Positions 1 through 13,434 of a DNA stretch of 20,000 bases are shown here, piece after piece (the stretch's first letter is position 1; every line of letters starts with the position of its first letter). The DNA comes from an uncultured virus (IMG/VR IMGVR_UViG_2867919565_000004). Its lineage: Duplodnaviria; Heunggongvirae; Uroviricota; Caudoviricetes. A model generated the notes under the pieces. It was not told where the DNA came from and did no database searches. It saw only the letters and a program-made list of their open reading frames with translations. A program made the translations under genes and the position numbers. The stretch spans positions 108,069-128,068 of IMG/VR virus record IMGVR_UViG_2867919565_000004; one strand, given 5' to 3'.

Positions 1-97
1 AACGATCTAGGTCTTCGATCAGTGCCTGTTCATGTAATGTAACAATTTTTTCAAAAATATCAGTTGCTTCTTCTATTAAATAAAGTGAATCGCTCAT
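1..97 (-). CDS. 5' part of a hypothetical protein running off the window (MSDSLYLIEEATDIFEKIVTLHEQALIEDLDR...)
   Basis: ATG at 97-95 on the minus strand, strong SD AGGGAGGT at 110-103, and an open frame to the window edge. Absent from the ORF track. Confidence 0.7.
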   Translation of the reverse strand, partial: MSDSLYLIEEATDIFEKIVTLHEQALIEDLDR

Positions 98-130
98 GGT
101 TTACCTCCCTTAATTGACCAATAATAACTA

Positions 131-139
131 ACTATAGCA
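131..139 (-). promoter_or_regulatory. Candidate extended -10 promoter (TGcTATAGT) for the minus-strand gene
   Basis: The reverse complement of 131-139 is TGCTATAGT, about 20 nt upstream of the SD. No clear -35. Confidence 0.4.
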
Positions 140-157
140 AAACAAGGAGGGAAAAAC

Positions 158-316
158 ATGGAAAAGAACGAAATTATAAAAATTTTTGAAGAGGTTCTTG
201 AAGATTGGTTTTCAATTGAATTATTGGTTGAAATGCAATGCGGTGGTGAAAGCGAGTATTTAGAAGCAAAAAGAGATTTTATTAAAACAAGGTTTATGGA
301 AGCGATAAATAAATGA
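158..316 (+). CDS. Small acidic hypothetical protein, 52 aa (MEKNEIIKIFEEVLEDWFSIELLVEMQCGGESEYLEAKRDFIKTRFMEAINK)
   Basis: Perfect SD AAGGAGG at 144-150, 7 nt before ATG 158; TGA at 314-316. Below the ORF-track size cutoff. Confidence 0.75.
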   Translation: MEKNEIIKIFEEVLEDWFSIELLVEMQCGGESEYLEAKRDFIKTRFMEAINK

Positions 317-382
317 TTGTTTTTCAGTTAGATACGCTTAACACTTTATCTTGTCTGCCGATAGTAAGATGAGGTGTTGATA

Positions 383-793
383 ATGTTTAACAAAACAACT
401 GTTCGACGGAAATTGGCTGAACTGGATGCAACGGAGTTAATAAAATTTATAAGAACAGAATTTCCGTCCACTGGACAAGATATCAATTCATTAAATACAA
501 AGCTTCAGGTTTTAAAATCTTTGAATCATGAGGAATTATCTGCAGCTATAGCAAGGATGTCAAGAATTGAAACAGCGTGCGATGTTTCAAAAACGATATC
601 ATTATCCGCAATCGTTGTAACAAGTATAACTCTTTTATTTAAAACAGTGTTCGGTGATAATAGCTCAGTAATGTCCTTTATGGTAATTCTTTGTGTTATA
701 GCCGTATATAGATACACTGCACTTGATAAAAATACTCATACGACTGCTGTGTATTTTAAAGACCTCCTCATTAGAATAAAAAGTGATAAATAA
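383..793 (+). CDS. Hypothetical membrane protein with two predicted C-terminal TM segments, 136 aa
   Basis: SD GAGGTG at 371-376 favours ATG 383 over GTG 374. Hydrophobic stretches ISLSAIVVTSITLLF and VMSFMVILCVIAVY. Confidence 0.8.
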   Translation: MFNKTTVRRKLAELDATELIKFIRTEFPSTGQDINSLNTKLQVLKSLNHEELSAAIARMSRIETACDVSKTISLSAIVVTSITLLFKTVFGDNSSVMSFMVILCVIAVYRYTALDKNTHTTAVYFKDLLIRIKSDK

Positions 794-827
794 ACAATCT
801 GCATTCATACTACCCTAATGGAAACCA

Positions 828-836
828 TGATATAAT
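828..836 (+). promoter_or_regulatory. SigA-type extended -10 promoter (TGaTATAAT) for the yomJ-like gene
   Basis: Perfect TGnTATAAT about 25 nt upstream of the start codon; -35 is poor. Confidence 0.65.
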
Positions 837-861
837 GTAGGAAAATAATACTGGTGGTGGT

Positions 862-1491
862 TTGATGATCTGGGCTATCATTCTAATTTTAGTGGTTGGC
901 GCTTTCATTATTATTGGGGTTAGCGCTTCGGATAAACAAAAAGAAATGGACAAAAAAAGAGCTGGCGAGATTGAAACGGTTGGAAATTTCCCTTCTAATT
1001 ATAAGTCCATCATAAATCCAGATAAAAATGCAAAGCTTACTTTAATTGATCCAGAAGATAAATTTGTAATTCACAGCTTCAAACAGGATGGAACATTAGA
1101 AGAGAGAATTATCCCCTTCAGCAAAATAATTCAAGCTGAAGTTACAATTGATGATAACACAGTTACAAAAGTGTCCAAAGGAAGTCAAATAACTGGTGCT
1201 GTTGTTGGTGGGTTAGCAGCAGGAAGTATTGGAGCGTTAGTTGGCGGGCTGTCTTCTAATAAGACAGAAACAAAGTACTTCAAAAAAATTGATTTAAAAT
1301 TAAAGCTCGATGATTTCTCCTCCCCTATTTACAGATTTGATTTCCTACCGAGTAAAGATGAATTTGGCCTAGAGAATGTTAAAGGGTTTAAACAGGATGA
1401 TCCGAAAGTTAAAGATGCTTTATCAAATGCTGAAATATGGCAAGGTATTATGGAGATAGCAATACGGAAAGCAAACCAAGTCGCTCAATAA
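862..1491 (+). CDS. yomJ: YomJ-like membrane protein (N-terminal TM anchor, glycine-zipper segment); candidate superinfection-exclusion protein
   Basis: N-terminal hydrophobic helix, GAVVGGLAAGSIGALVGG glycine zipper, and IPFS..I, DFLP and C-terminal NAE.W.G.M...I.KAN.VAQ motifs resembling SPbeta YomJ as recalled. Lies directly before the tape measure gene. Start is TTG 862 or ATG 865. Confidence 0.75.
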   Translation: MMIWAIILILVVGAFIIIGVSASDKQKEMDKKRAGEIETVGNFPSNYKSIINPDKNAKLTLIDPEDKFVIHSFKQDGTLEERIIPFSKIIQAEVTIDDNTVTKVSKGSQITGAVVGGLAAGSIGALVGGLSSNKTETKYFKKIDLKLKLDDFSSPIYRFDFLPSKDEFGLENVKGFKQDDPKVKDALSNAEIWQGIMEIAIRKANQVAQ

Positions 1492-1505
1492 TGAGTGGCT
1501 TTTTT
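1478..1505 (+). terminator. Intrinsic terminator closing the yomJ-like gene
   Basis: Stem AGTCGCTCA / TGAGTGGCT with an ATAA loop containing the stop codon, followed by a T-run. Confidence 0.75.
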
Positions 1506-1554
1506 ATATGCCCTAAAAATCACTCTCCCCTATTCGAAAGGATGTGACCTATAT

Positions 1555-4500
1555 TTGAGTCAAGATTTAAAGATCATACTCACACCCAAAGCTAACACTT
1601 CTTCAAAAACTGTCGAACAGTTAAATCAGCAAATTAAATCTTTAGAGAAAAAGCTTAATTCCCTTAATTTAAAGACCAATATTGATGCCTCTGCTTTAAA
1701 GACACTCAACGACTTCTCCTCTGCAGTTGAAACTTATCAAAAACATCTCAAATCCTTCAATCAAACAGTTAAAGAAACCACAACGGTTACCAGAAATGCT
1801 GATGGTACTGTTGAAAAGCTTACGCAACAATATAAGAAAAATGGCGAAATCATTCAGCGTGAAAAGAAGTTCATCGACAATCGTAATCAATCACTACGTG
1901 AACAAACGCAAGAAGTTAACAGGCTTGCTCAAGCGACTGAAAAACTTGGTCAGGTACAGAAGAAAACAGAGCAAAAGAATGCTCAAGGACAAACGACAAG
2001 GGTTACTCAAAAGAACCGCAATGGCTTTGACGATATTACCTATACAACTGATCCAAAAACAAACGCTACTACATCTAAAGTAACAACGAACTATGATCAG
2101 CAACGAAAAGCTATTGAACAATTACAGCTGGATTTAGAAAAACTTAGACAGCAAGGAATTGTAACTGACACCACCCTCTCTTCCCTTGGACGGAGATTAA
2201 ATACTGCTCAAACAGCACAACAAATTGAAGCATTACAAAACAGAATTAAGATGCTCGATGATAAGTCTGCTGCTGTGGCAAAAAATAATGAACTCAGAAA
2301 AACTATTGAATTGTATCAACGCCAAGCGCAGGTAAACGTACAAAACCTTAATACACGTTACGGCGATACAATGGGTGCCGGCAATAGACAAGCTGCTCAA
2401 GATTATTTAAATGCAGTAAATAGTCTTAATGTAAGTGCCGGCGGTAGTAATATCAGATCTCAAATGCAAAGCTTGAACATGCAATTTAGGGAGTTGGCTT
2501 CAAATGCTCAAACAGCGTCTAGTCAAGCCTCCTCTTTTGGCACGGAGTTAACTCAAGCTTTCAAAAGTATGTCAACATATTTGATTTCCGGTTCTTTATT
2601 CTATGGTGCTATATCTGGACTCAAGGAAATGGTCTCCCAGGCTGTTGAAATTGATACTCTAATGACAAATATCAGACGTGTTATGAATGAGCCTGATTAT
2701 AAGTACAATGAGCTCCTCGAGGAATCAATAAACCTAGGAGACACCCTTTCAAACAAGATCACTGACATACTCCAAATGACTGGCGATTTCGGGCGTATGG
2801 GGTTCGATGAAAGTGAACTGTCCACTCTAACAAAAACTGCTCAGGTACTTCAAAACGTCTCTGACTTGACTCCTGACGACACAGTTAACACTTTAACTGC
2901 CGCAATGTTAAACTTCAATATTGCTGCGAATGATTCTATTTCAATTGCAGATAAGCTTAATGAAGTCGATAACAACTATGCTGTAACTACTCTTGACCTA
3001 GCAAATTCGATTCGAAAAGCAGGAAGTACCGCTTCCACTTTTGGAGTTGAATTAAACGATCTGATTGGTTATACTACAGCAATTGCAAGTACCACCCGTG
3101 AATCAGGAAACATTGTTGGTAACTCACTTAAAACCATTTTCGCACGTATTGGGAATAATAATAGCTCAATTAAAGCCTTAGAACAGATTGGTATTTCTGT
3201 GAAAACTGCCAGTGGTGAGGCGAAATCTGCTACTGATTTAATTAATGAGTTAGCAGACAAATGGAATACCCTCAGCGATGCTCAAAAACAAAATACCTCA
3301 ATAGGTGTAGCGGGCATTTATCAGCTCTCTAGATTTAATGCCTTGATGAATAATTTTTCCATATCACAAAATGCAGCGACCACTGCAGCTAATTCCGCGG
3401 GAAGCGCTTGGAGTGAACAACAGAAATACGCTGACAGTTTACAGGCAAGATTAAACAGGCTGTCAAATGCATTTACAGAAATGTCGGTTGCCTCAAGTGA
3501 AGCCTTCATCTCTAATAGCATTGTTGTTTTTGCAGATGCACTTAAAGGATTAATGCAAACAAGTGCTCAAATTACTAAAACAGTCGGGCTTCTCCCTCAA
3601 GTTTTTGGTTCTGCGACAACTGCAATCCTGCTTTTCAACACCTCTCTTCGTACAGCTACCATCTCAACTGGAATGTCTGCAATATCAACCCTTAAAAATC
3701 TTGTCTTAAACTTTAATGCTGTTGGGCTTGGTGCAACAACAGCTTCAGCTAAAACTGCAGTTTGGACACGAGTGGTTAATGCTTCAAGCGTTGCGATGAG
3801 CAATCTAAAGAAAGTCGCAGTCTCGACAAGCGCGTTTTTAGCAGGAAGCTTTCTTCCTATGGCAGCCATGGTTGGACTTGGCGTCGTTATTGAGAAACTC
3901 ATTTCCTCTTATTCTGAATTAAAACAAGCTAGAGAAGACTTTGAACAAGCTAAAACTACTAGCATTGAAGCAATTACAACGAATAAAGATGAAACAGACA
4001 AACTGATTAGTCAATACAAAGAACTGCAAAAAGCTAAAGATGGCGGAGCTTTATCGGCAGACCAAGAACAAGAATATCTGCAAGTAACACAACAATTAGC
4101 ACAAACGTTCCCGAATTTGATCGCTGGTTATGATTCTCAAGGGCAAGCAATCTTAAAGAAAAACCAAGCACTTAAGGATGCTATAAAGTACACTGAAGAC
4201 CTTAGTAATTTAAACAAAAAAGACATTCAAACAGGTGCCAATAGTAACTTTAAGGAAAGCTTAAAAGACATTGATAAACTCAATGATAAGATTAAACAGT
4301 ATAAGCAGGTTGCCGATTATTATAAAAACGGCAAGAGTTGGGATATTTTCTCTTCTGAAAATGACAAGAAAAATCTAGGCATTAAAGCTGAACAAGATGC
4401 ACTACGCACTGAACAAGAGCTATCCAGCTCACAGGCTAAAATTAGAGAGCAAGTGCAACAGACAATTGATGCCTTTAACTCAATAAAGATAAATCCGAAT

Positions 4501-7500
4501 CTTTCAAGGGAAATATCTAACGCATTCGATAAGATTGACTTCAGCAAAATGAATGCAGATGAACTTGAGTCATTTTCAATAAATGTTTCGAAATACATGG
4601 AAAATATCCAAAAAGCTCTTCAATCGGGCAATAAAAATAATTTTGATTCCGCCTCTAAAAGCTTAGAACAGCTTGTTAATCAATATATGAGTGGCAAAGA
4701 TAAAGCTAATGGTTTGGCTTTATCTTATGATGACCTTAAAACTGCCATTGACTCTACAAATGATTCTGCACAAACTGCAAAAGTAACCTGGGATGAAAAT
4801 GGTGAAGGTGTAGATGCATTAGGTGAACAAGTCGGGAATTTATCAGACAAGCTCAAAGAAGCTAAAGGTGATTTTGAAGCAATTAAAGGAATCATCGATG
4901 ATTTAGTTGAATCGAAGCAAAATGATGCTGCTATATCTGCCATTCAAAATGAAGCTTATGATACTATGTCTGACAGCATCTCCCCTTTAAATAACCTCCT
5001 TGAAAAAATGTCTGAAGGTAAAAGCATATCTGCAACAGAAGCCATGAAGCTTATTCAGAAAGAACATGACCTTGCTGATGCAATTTCTGTTGAAAATGGT
5101 GTTGTAAAAATCAACAGAAATGCAGTTGTCAAGCTTCGGGACACAAAACTCAAAGCTTACAATGATATGCAACAATCTGTAAGACAAGATCTAATTAATC
5201 AGGCTAATGCATTAAACAAAAAGATTAATATGTATAAGTCTGAAGTCAAGGCTATCAAGACTGTTCAAGACGCTTATAAAATGAAGTCTGAGCTTGAAGA
5301 CAACAAGAAAAAGATATACGACGAACTAAAAAAAGGGAACAGTGGTGCGCTGCAGTTCCTACCGAAAACACAGGATGATTTAAACCAGGTCACTGATATC
5401 ACTGATCAGCTCAAAGAGCTTGATAAATTAGCAGATTTGGCTTCAACTTCCCTATCTGAAACAGGAACATCTCTTGATGATCTGTCTTCTTCAAGCGATA
5501 AAGCCTCTGAGGAAATTAAAACATCTATGTATGTGGCTGATAAATACAAGGAAGCTCTGGAGAAAGTCAACGCTGAAGCTGAAAAGTACAATAAACAGGT
5601 AAACGACTATCCAAAGTATTCTCAAAGTTATCGAAATGCCCTACAGAAAGAAATTAAAGCTCTTCAACAAAAGAAAAAGCTTATGCAGGAGCAAGCCAAA
5701 CTCCTCAAGGATCAAATCAAGTCAGGGAACATTGCACAATACGGTATAGTAACCTCCTCCCTCTCCACTGGTTCATCTTCCGGTGGTTCTTACACTTCTG
5801 GCGGCGGGTCTTACTCCGGTAAATACTCCAGTTACATTAATTCTGCCGCAAGTAAATATGGTGTTGATCCAGCTCTAATTGCAGCTGTAATCCAACAAGA
5901 ATCAGGATTCAATGCAAGAGCTCGTTCTGGAGCAGGCGCAGCTGGATTAATGCAGTTGATGCCTTCCACTGCTAAAAGCTTAGGCGTAAACAATGTTTAT
6001 GATCCTTATCAGAGCATTATGGGTGGCACGAAATATTTAGCCCAACAACTAAGTAAATTTGGTGGCAATGTTGAAAAAGCCTTGGCTGCTTATAATGCAG
6101 GGCCTGGTAATGTAATCAAATATGGTGGCATCCCTCCTTTCAAGGAAACGCAGAATTATGTTCAGAAGATCATGTCGAATTACACTAAATCAATGACTTC
6201 TGCTAATTCCTCAATTGCAAGCTACTACACGAAGAACAGCGCTTTTAGAATAAGTTCTAAATATAATGCGCAAGATGGCGCTTACCGATCCACCCCACAT
6301 AAAGGTATCGACTTCGCAGCGAAAGCTGGAACCGCAATTAAATCGGTTCAAAGTGGAAAAGTTCAAATTGCTGGTTATAGCAAGACTGCCGGTAACTGGG
6401 TTGTCATTCAGCAGGATGATGGAAAAGTTGCTAAGTATATGCATATGCTTGATACCCCTTCTGTTAAAGCCGGTCAAACTGTTAAAGCTGGCCAGACCAT
6501 CGGTAAAGTTGGTAGTACGGGTAATTCAACAGGAAATCACCTTCATTTTCAAATTGAGGAAAACGGAAAGACCATTGACCCCGAGAAGTATTTAAAAGGT
6601 GTCGGTACATCTATTTCAGATGCATCTCAAGCTGAAGCAGAACGACAGCAAGCAATAGCGCAAGCTAAATCCGATCTTCTCTCCCTCCAAGGTGATATTG
6701 ATTCAGTAAACGATCAGATACAAGAACTCAGATATGAAATCGTTCAGTCGAAACTTGATGAATTTGACAAGCGTATTGGCGATTTTGACGTAAGAATCGC
6801 TAAAGACAAAGCACTCGCAAGTCATTATCTGAGCGACAGTAAAGAGTTCCGTAAGTATACAAATGATCAGAAAAAAGCTTTAACTGAACAGCAAAAGATT
6901 CAGAGTCAGAAGGTTTCTTTCATTGAAAAAGAAATCAAAACAAACAAAACTCTGAATTCCGCTCAAAGAGCACAGCTTGCTGAGGAATTAAAACAGGCTA
7001 AGATTGATCTCATCAATTTTCAAGAAGAAGTAAGAGAACTTCGAGGACAGCTCATTCAGTCTGAGGTTGATCAAACGCTTAACGGTATTGAGAAATCAAC
7101 CAAGAAAACTGAATCCAAGCTTAAAGATGTTAGCAACAAAATATCCATGACCGAGGAAGATAAAGACAAGGTTAAATATTATAGCCAACAGATTAAGCTT
7201 ATTCAACAGCAACAGACTGAAGCGAAGAAGTATATCAAACAGTTGGAAGCTCAAAAGAAAGCTGCTAAAGGGTTCCCGGATATTCAGAAACAAATTACTG
7301 AAGAGATCGAGAACTGGAAAGACAAGCAGAAGGATTACAATCTTGAGCTTTACAACACAAAGAAATCAATCAAAGATGTGTACAAATCCCTTGCTGATGA
7401 AGTTGTCTCCATCTATAAAGAGATGTACGAAAAGATGCGTGATATTGAATTAAAAGCGCACCAAAAAGCTACGCAAGACTTGATTGATGAGATTGATAAA

Positions 7501-8439
7501 ACTGATGATGAAGCCAAATATCAAAAAGAGCTCAAAGAAAAGAATCAGGCTATTCAGGAAACCAAAGATAAGCTAAGCAAATTATCCCTTGATGACTCAG
7601 ATGAAGCAAAATCACAGGTTAAAGACTTAGAAAAGCAACTTCAAGAACAGCAAGAAGCATTAGATGAGTTTCTTAAAGATCGTGAAAACAGTAAGCGAAA
7701 AGAATCGTTACAAGATCAGCTTCAAAAAGATGAAGATTCAATTAATAAGAAATATGATGATCTCGTTAATGATGAGCGTGGATTTAAGGAACTTGAGAAA
7801 AAGCTAATGGATGGGAAGATTACTGATATTGCTAAGCAACTGAATGAATTCTCTAAGTTCATTAACAGCAATATGGAGTCCATAGGGAAAAGCATCTCCA
7901 ATAACCTTATTGATAAGCTTAAAGAAGCTTCTAATGCCCTTAATACTGTGACCAAAGGTAATAAAACTGGAAAAAAGGTATCTTCTTTTGCATCAGGTGG
8001 ATATACAGGAACAGGACTCGGCGCAGGTAAACTCGCCTTCCTACACGATAAAGAGCTCATCCTTAATAAAACTGACACTGCAAATATCTTGGATACAGTA
8101 AAAGCTGTACGTGAGAACAATACTCCAAGTGAAGAGACACCTAAATGGGGTCAAGATGGGAAATTAGCAGCCTTGATTAATAAAGGTATTACTTCTATTC
8201 CATCAATAATTCCGAATATTAATCAATCCAGTCTTTCTAATAGTTTGATACCGAGTATTCAAAGTCTCTCTTCCCCACCAGATGCTACTAAGTCAGTAAA
8301 CGGCACTGTAAACAACAATAATTTTAAAGCTACATTTAACATTAATGAATCAGAAAATCCTCAGAAAACAGCTGATTTTGTATTCAATAAATTTGCAAAT
8401 GGTCTTAAAAACAAGGGCATAAATTTCAACAACTCATGA
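1555..8439 (+). CDS. cwlP: Tape measure protein with lytic transglycosylase (SLT) and M23 peptidase domains, CwlP/YomI-like, 2294 aa
   Basis: SD GAAAGGATGTG before TTG 1555 ([12 protein letters not shown]). Tape-measure core, SLT motifs QQES (Glu at 5899-5901), GLMQLMP and YNAGPG, M23 motifs HKGIDF and HLHF, and long coiled-coil regions. Confidence 0.93.
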   Translation: MSQDLKIILTPKANTSSKTVEQLNQQIKSLEKKLNSLNLKTNIDASALKTLNDFSSAVETYQKHLKSFNQTVKETTTVTRNADGTVEKLTQQYKKNGEIIQREKKFIDNRNQSLREQTQEVNRLAQATEKLGQVQKKTEQKNAQGQTTRVTQKNRNGFDDITYTTDPKTNATTSKVTTNYDQQRKAIEQLQLDLEKLRQQGIVTDTTLSSLGRRLNTAQTAQQIEALQNRIKMLDDKSAAVAKNNELRKTIELYQRQAQVNVQNLNTRYGDTMGAGNRQAAQDYLNAVNSLNVSAGGSNIRSQMQSLNMQFRELASNAQTASSQASSFGTELTQAFKSMSTYLISGSLFYGAISGLKEMVSQAVEIDTLMTNIRRVMNEPDYKYNELLEESINLGDTLSNKITDILQMTGDFGRMGFDESELSTLTKTAQVLQNVSDLTPDDTVNTLTAAMLNFNIAANDSISIADKLNEVDNNYAVTTLDLANSIRKAGSTASTFGVELNDLIGYTTAIASTTRESGNIVGNSLKTIFARIGNNNSSIKALEQIGISVKTASGEAKSATDLINELADKWNTLSDAQKQNTSIGVAGIYQLSRFNALMNNFSISQNAATTAANSAGSAWSEQQKYADSLQARLNRLSNAFTEMSVASSEAFISNSIVVFADALKGLMQTSAQITKTVGLLPQVFGSATTAILLFNTSLRTATISTGMSAISTLKNLVLNFNAVGLGATTASAKTAVWTRVVNASSVAMSNLKKVAVSTSAFLAGSFLPMAAMVGLGVVIEKLISSYSELKQAREDFEQAKTTSIEAITTNKDETDKLISQYKELQKAKDGGALSADQEQEYLQVTQQLAQTFPNLIAGYDSQGQAILKKNQALKDAIKYTEDLSNLNKKDIQTGANSNFKESLKDIDKLNDKIKQYKQVADYYKNGKSWDIFSSENDKKNLGIKAEQDALRTEQELSSSQAKIREQVQQTIDAFNSIKINPNLSREISNAFDKIDFSKMNADELESFSINVSKYMENIQKALQSGNKNNFDSASKSLEQLVNQYMSGKDKANGLALSYDDLKTAIDSTNDSAQTAKVTWDENGEGVDALGEQVGNLSDKLKEAKGDFEAIKGIIDDLVESKQNDAAISAIQNEAYDTMSDSISPLNNLLEKMSEGKSISATEAMKLIQKEHDLADAISVENGVVKINRNAVVKLRDTKLKAYNDMQQSVRQDLINQANALNKKINMYKSEVKAIKTVQDAYKMKSELEDNKKKIYDELKKGNSGALQFLPKTQDDLNQVTDITDQLKELDKLADLASTSLSETGTSLDDLSSSSDKASEEIKTSMYVADKYKEALEKVNAEAEKYNKQVNDYPKYSQSYRNALQKEIKALQQKKKLMQEQAKLLKDQIKSGNIAQYGIVTSSLSTGSSSGGSYTSGGGSYSGKYSSYINSAASKYGVDPALIAAVIQQESGFNARARSGAGAAGLMQLMPSTAKSLGVNNVYDPYQSIMGGTKYLAQQLSKFGGNVEKALAAYNAGPGNVIKYGGIPPFKETQNYVQKIMSNYTKSMTSANSSIASYYTKNSAFRISSKYNAQDGAYRSTPHKGIDFAAKAGTAIKSVQSGKVQIAGYSKTAGNWVVIQQDDGKVAKYMHMLDTPSVKAGQTVKAGQTIGKVGSTGNSTGNHLHFQIEENGKTIDPEKYLKGVGTSISDASQAEAERQQAIAQAKSDLLSLQGDIDSVNDQIQELRYEIVQSKLDEFDKRIGDFDVRIAKDKALASHYLSDSKEFRKYTNDQKKALTEQQKIQSQKVSFIEKEIKTNKTLNSAQRAQLAEELKQAKIDLINFQEEVRELRGQLIQSEVDQTLNGIEKSTKKTESKLKDVSNKISMTEEDKDKVKYYSQQIKLIQQQQTEAKKYIKQLEAQKKAAKGFPDIQKQITEEIENWKDKQKDYNLELYNTKKSIKDVYKSLADEVVSIYKEMYEKMRDIELKAHQKATQDLIDEIDKTDDEAKYQKELKEKNQAIQETKDKLSKLSLDDSDEAKSQVKDLEKQLQEQQEALDEFLKDRENSKRKESLQDQLQKDEDSINKKYDDLVNDERGFKELEKKLMDGKITDIAKQLNEFSKFINSNMESIGKSISNNLIDKLKEASNALNTVTKGNKTGKKVSSFASGGYTGTGLGAGKLAFLHDKELILNKTDTANILDTVKAVRENNTPSEETPKWGQDGKLAALINKGITSIPSIIPNINQSSLSNSLIPSIQSLSSPPDATKSVNGTVNNNNFKATFNINESENPQKTADFVFNKFANGLKNKGINFNNS

Positions 8440-8469
8440 GCCAGTGATATGCTGGCTCTTCTTATTTTT
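8438..8469 (+). terminator. Terminator-like hairpin after the tape measure gene
   Basis: Stem GAGCCAGT / GCTGGCTC followed by TTCTTATTTTT. Confidence 0.6.
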
Positions 8470-8482
8470 GAGGTGATAAAAA

Positions 8483-12555
<4,073 letters not shown>

Positions 12556-12575
12556 GAAAGGACGGTGAATTTAGT

Positions 12576-13394
12576 TTGGATTTTCCTCAGCTCTATAACG
12601 ACCCTACCCTTTCTCAAAAAAGGAAGGGTTCAATCGATGACCCTTATTTAAGCTATAGTGAAACTTTAACTGTTTACAATGGTCGAGTCTTACTTACAGA
12701 AGTACCTAACCGTGAGTACAGAGTCGAGGTTAGTGGTGACAGTAAAGAATGGCGAGAAATTGAAGATGGTGAATTAGAAGACAACTACTTTAAGGTTGAT
12801 TACCTTATGGGAGTTGTCTTTTTCAATGGTTCAAATGAAGGCAAATCCCTTACTTTTGCATATCAAGGAGAAGGCGCATCCTTCTTCCCTGCCTCAAGAA
12901 TTTGGATTAAACGGCAAGGAAATATGGTCATTGAAACACTTCAAGGCTTAATTGATGATGCTGAAGATGCCATTATTCGTATCAACGAACGTATTGCTGA
13001 ATGTGAACGTGTCACCAAGAGATGTATTGAAATAACAAATTGGTGCAGACAAGCAACATCAGATTATGAGTATGTAGTTGAGAACACTAGGAAGATTTAC
13101 AAACCCTCTGTTTATACATTCGCTGATATACAAACAACTTACCCTAATCCACTTATCGGATGGACGGTTGCTGTAAAAGAAAACAAAACCGTGTACAGAT
13201 GGGATGGTTTTGATTGGATTGATATTGGAACTTCGGAAGCTTACGAAGGTTTCAATATCCTATTAAGCGCTGTAGAACCTTTCAATACTAATTATGTATG
13301 GTATCAGGATGAAGGCTTAATTCCAGAAAAACAAAGAGTTGTTATATCAAACGTGGCTCCAGAATCAGGTGCAGTTTGGTATGAAATTGACTAA
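12576..13394 (+). CDS. yomF: YomF-like baseplate/tail-associated protein
   Basis: 272 aa at the yomF position, SD AAAGGACGGTGA with TTG start, tail-type motifs TYPNP..GWTV.V and YRWDG..W. Confidence 0.7.
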   Translation: MDFPQLYNDPTLSQKRKGSIDDPYLSYSETLTVYNGRVLLTEVPNREYRVEVSGDSKEWREIEDGELEDNYFKVDYLMGVVFFNGSNEGKSLTFAYQGEGASFFPASRIWIKRQGNMVIETLQGLIDDAEDAIIRINERIAECERVTKRCIEITNWCRQATSDYEYVVENTRKIYKPSVYTFADIQTTYPNPLIGWTVAVKENKTVYRWDGFDWIDIGTSEAYEGFNILLSAVEPFNTNYVWYQDEGLIPEKQRVVISNVAPESGAVWYEID

Positions 13395-13420
13395 AGGAGA
13401 CTTCGATCGGGTCTCTTTTT
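13393..13420 (+). terminator. Terminator-like hairpin after the yomF-like gene
   Basis: Stem GGAGACTT / GGGTCTCT (with G-U pairs) followed by a T-run. Confidence 0.55.
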
Positions 13421-13434
13421 ATGGAGGTAAATGA

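Noticed and set aside
1495..1554. Tape measure start at GTG 1495 as given in the ORF track
   Set aside because: It lies inside the terminator hairpin with no SD; TTG 1555 has a good SD and gives the CwlP-like N-terminus.
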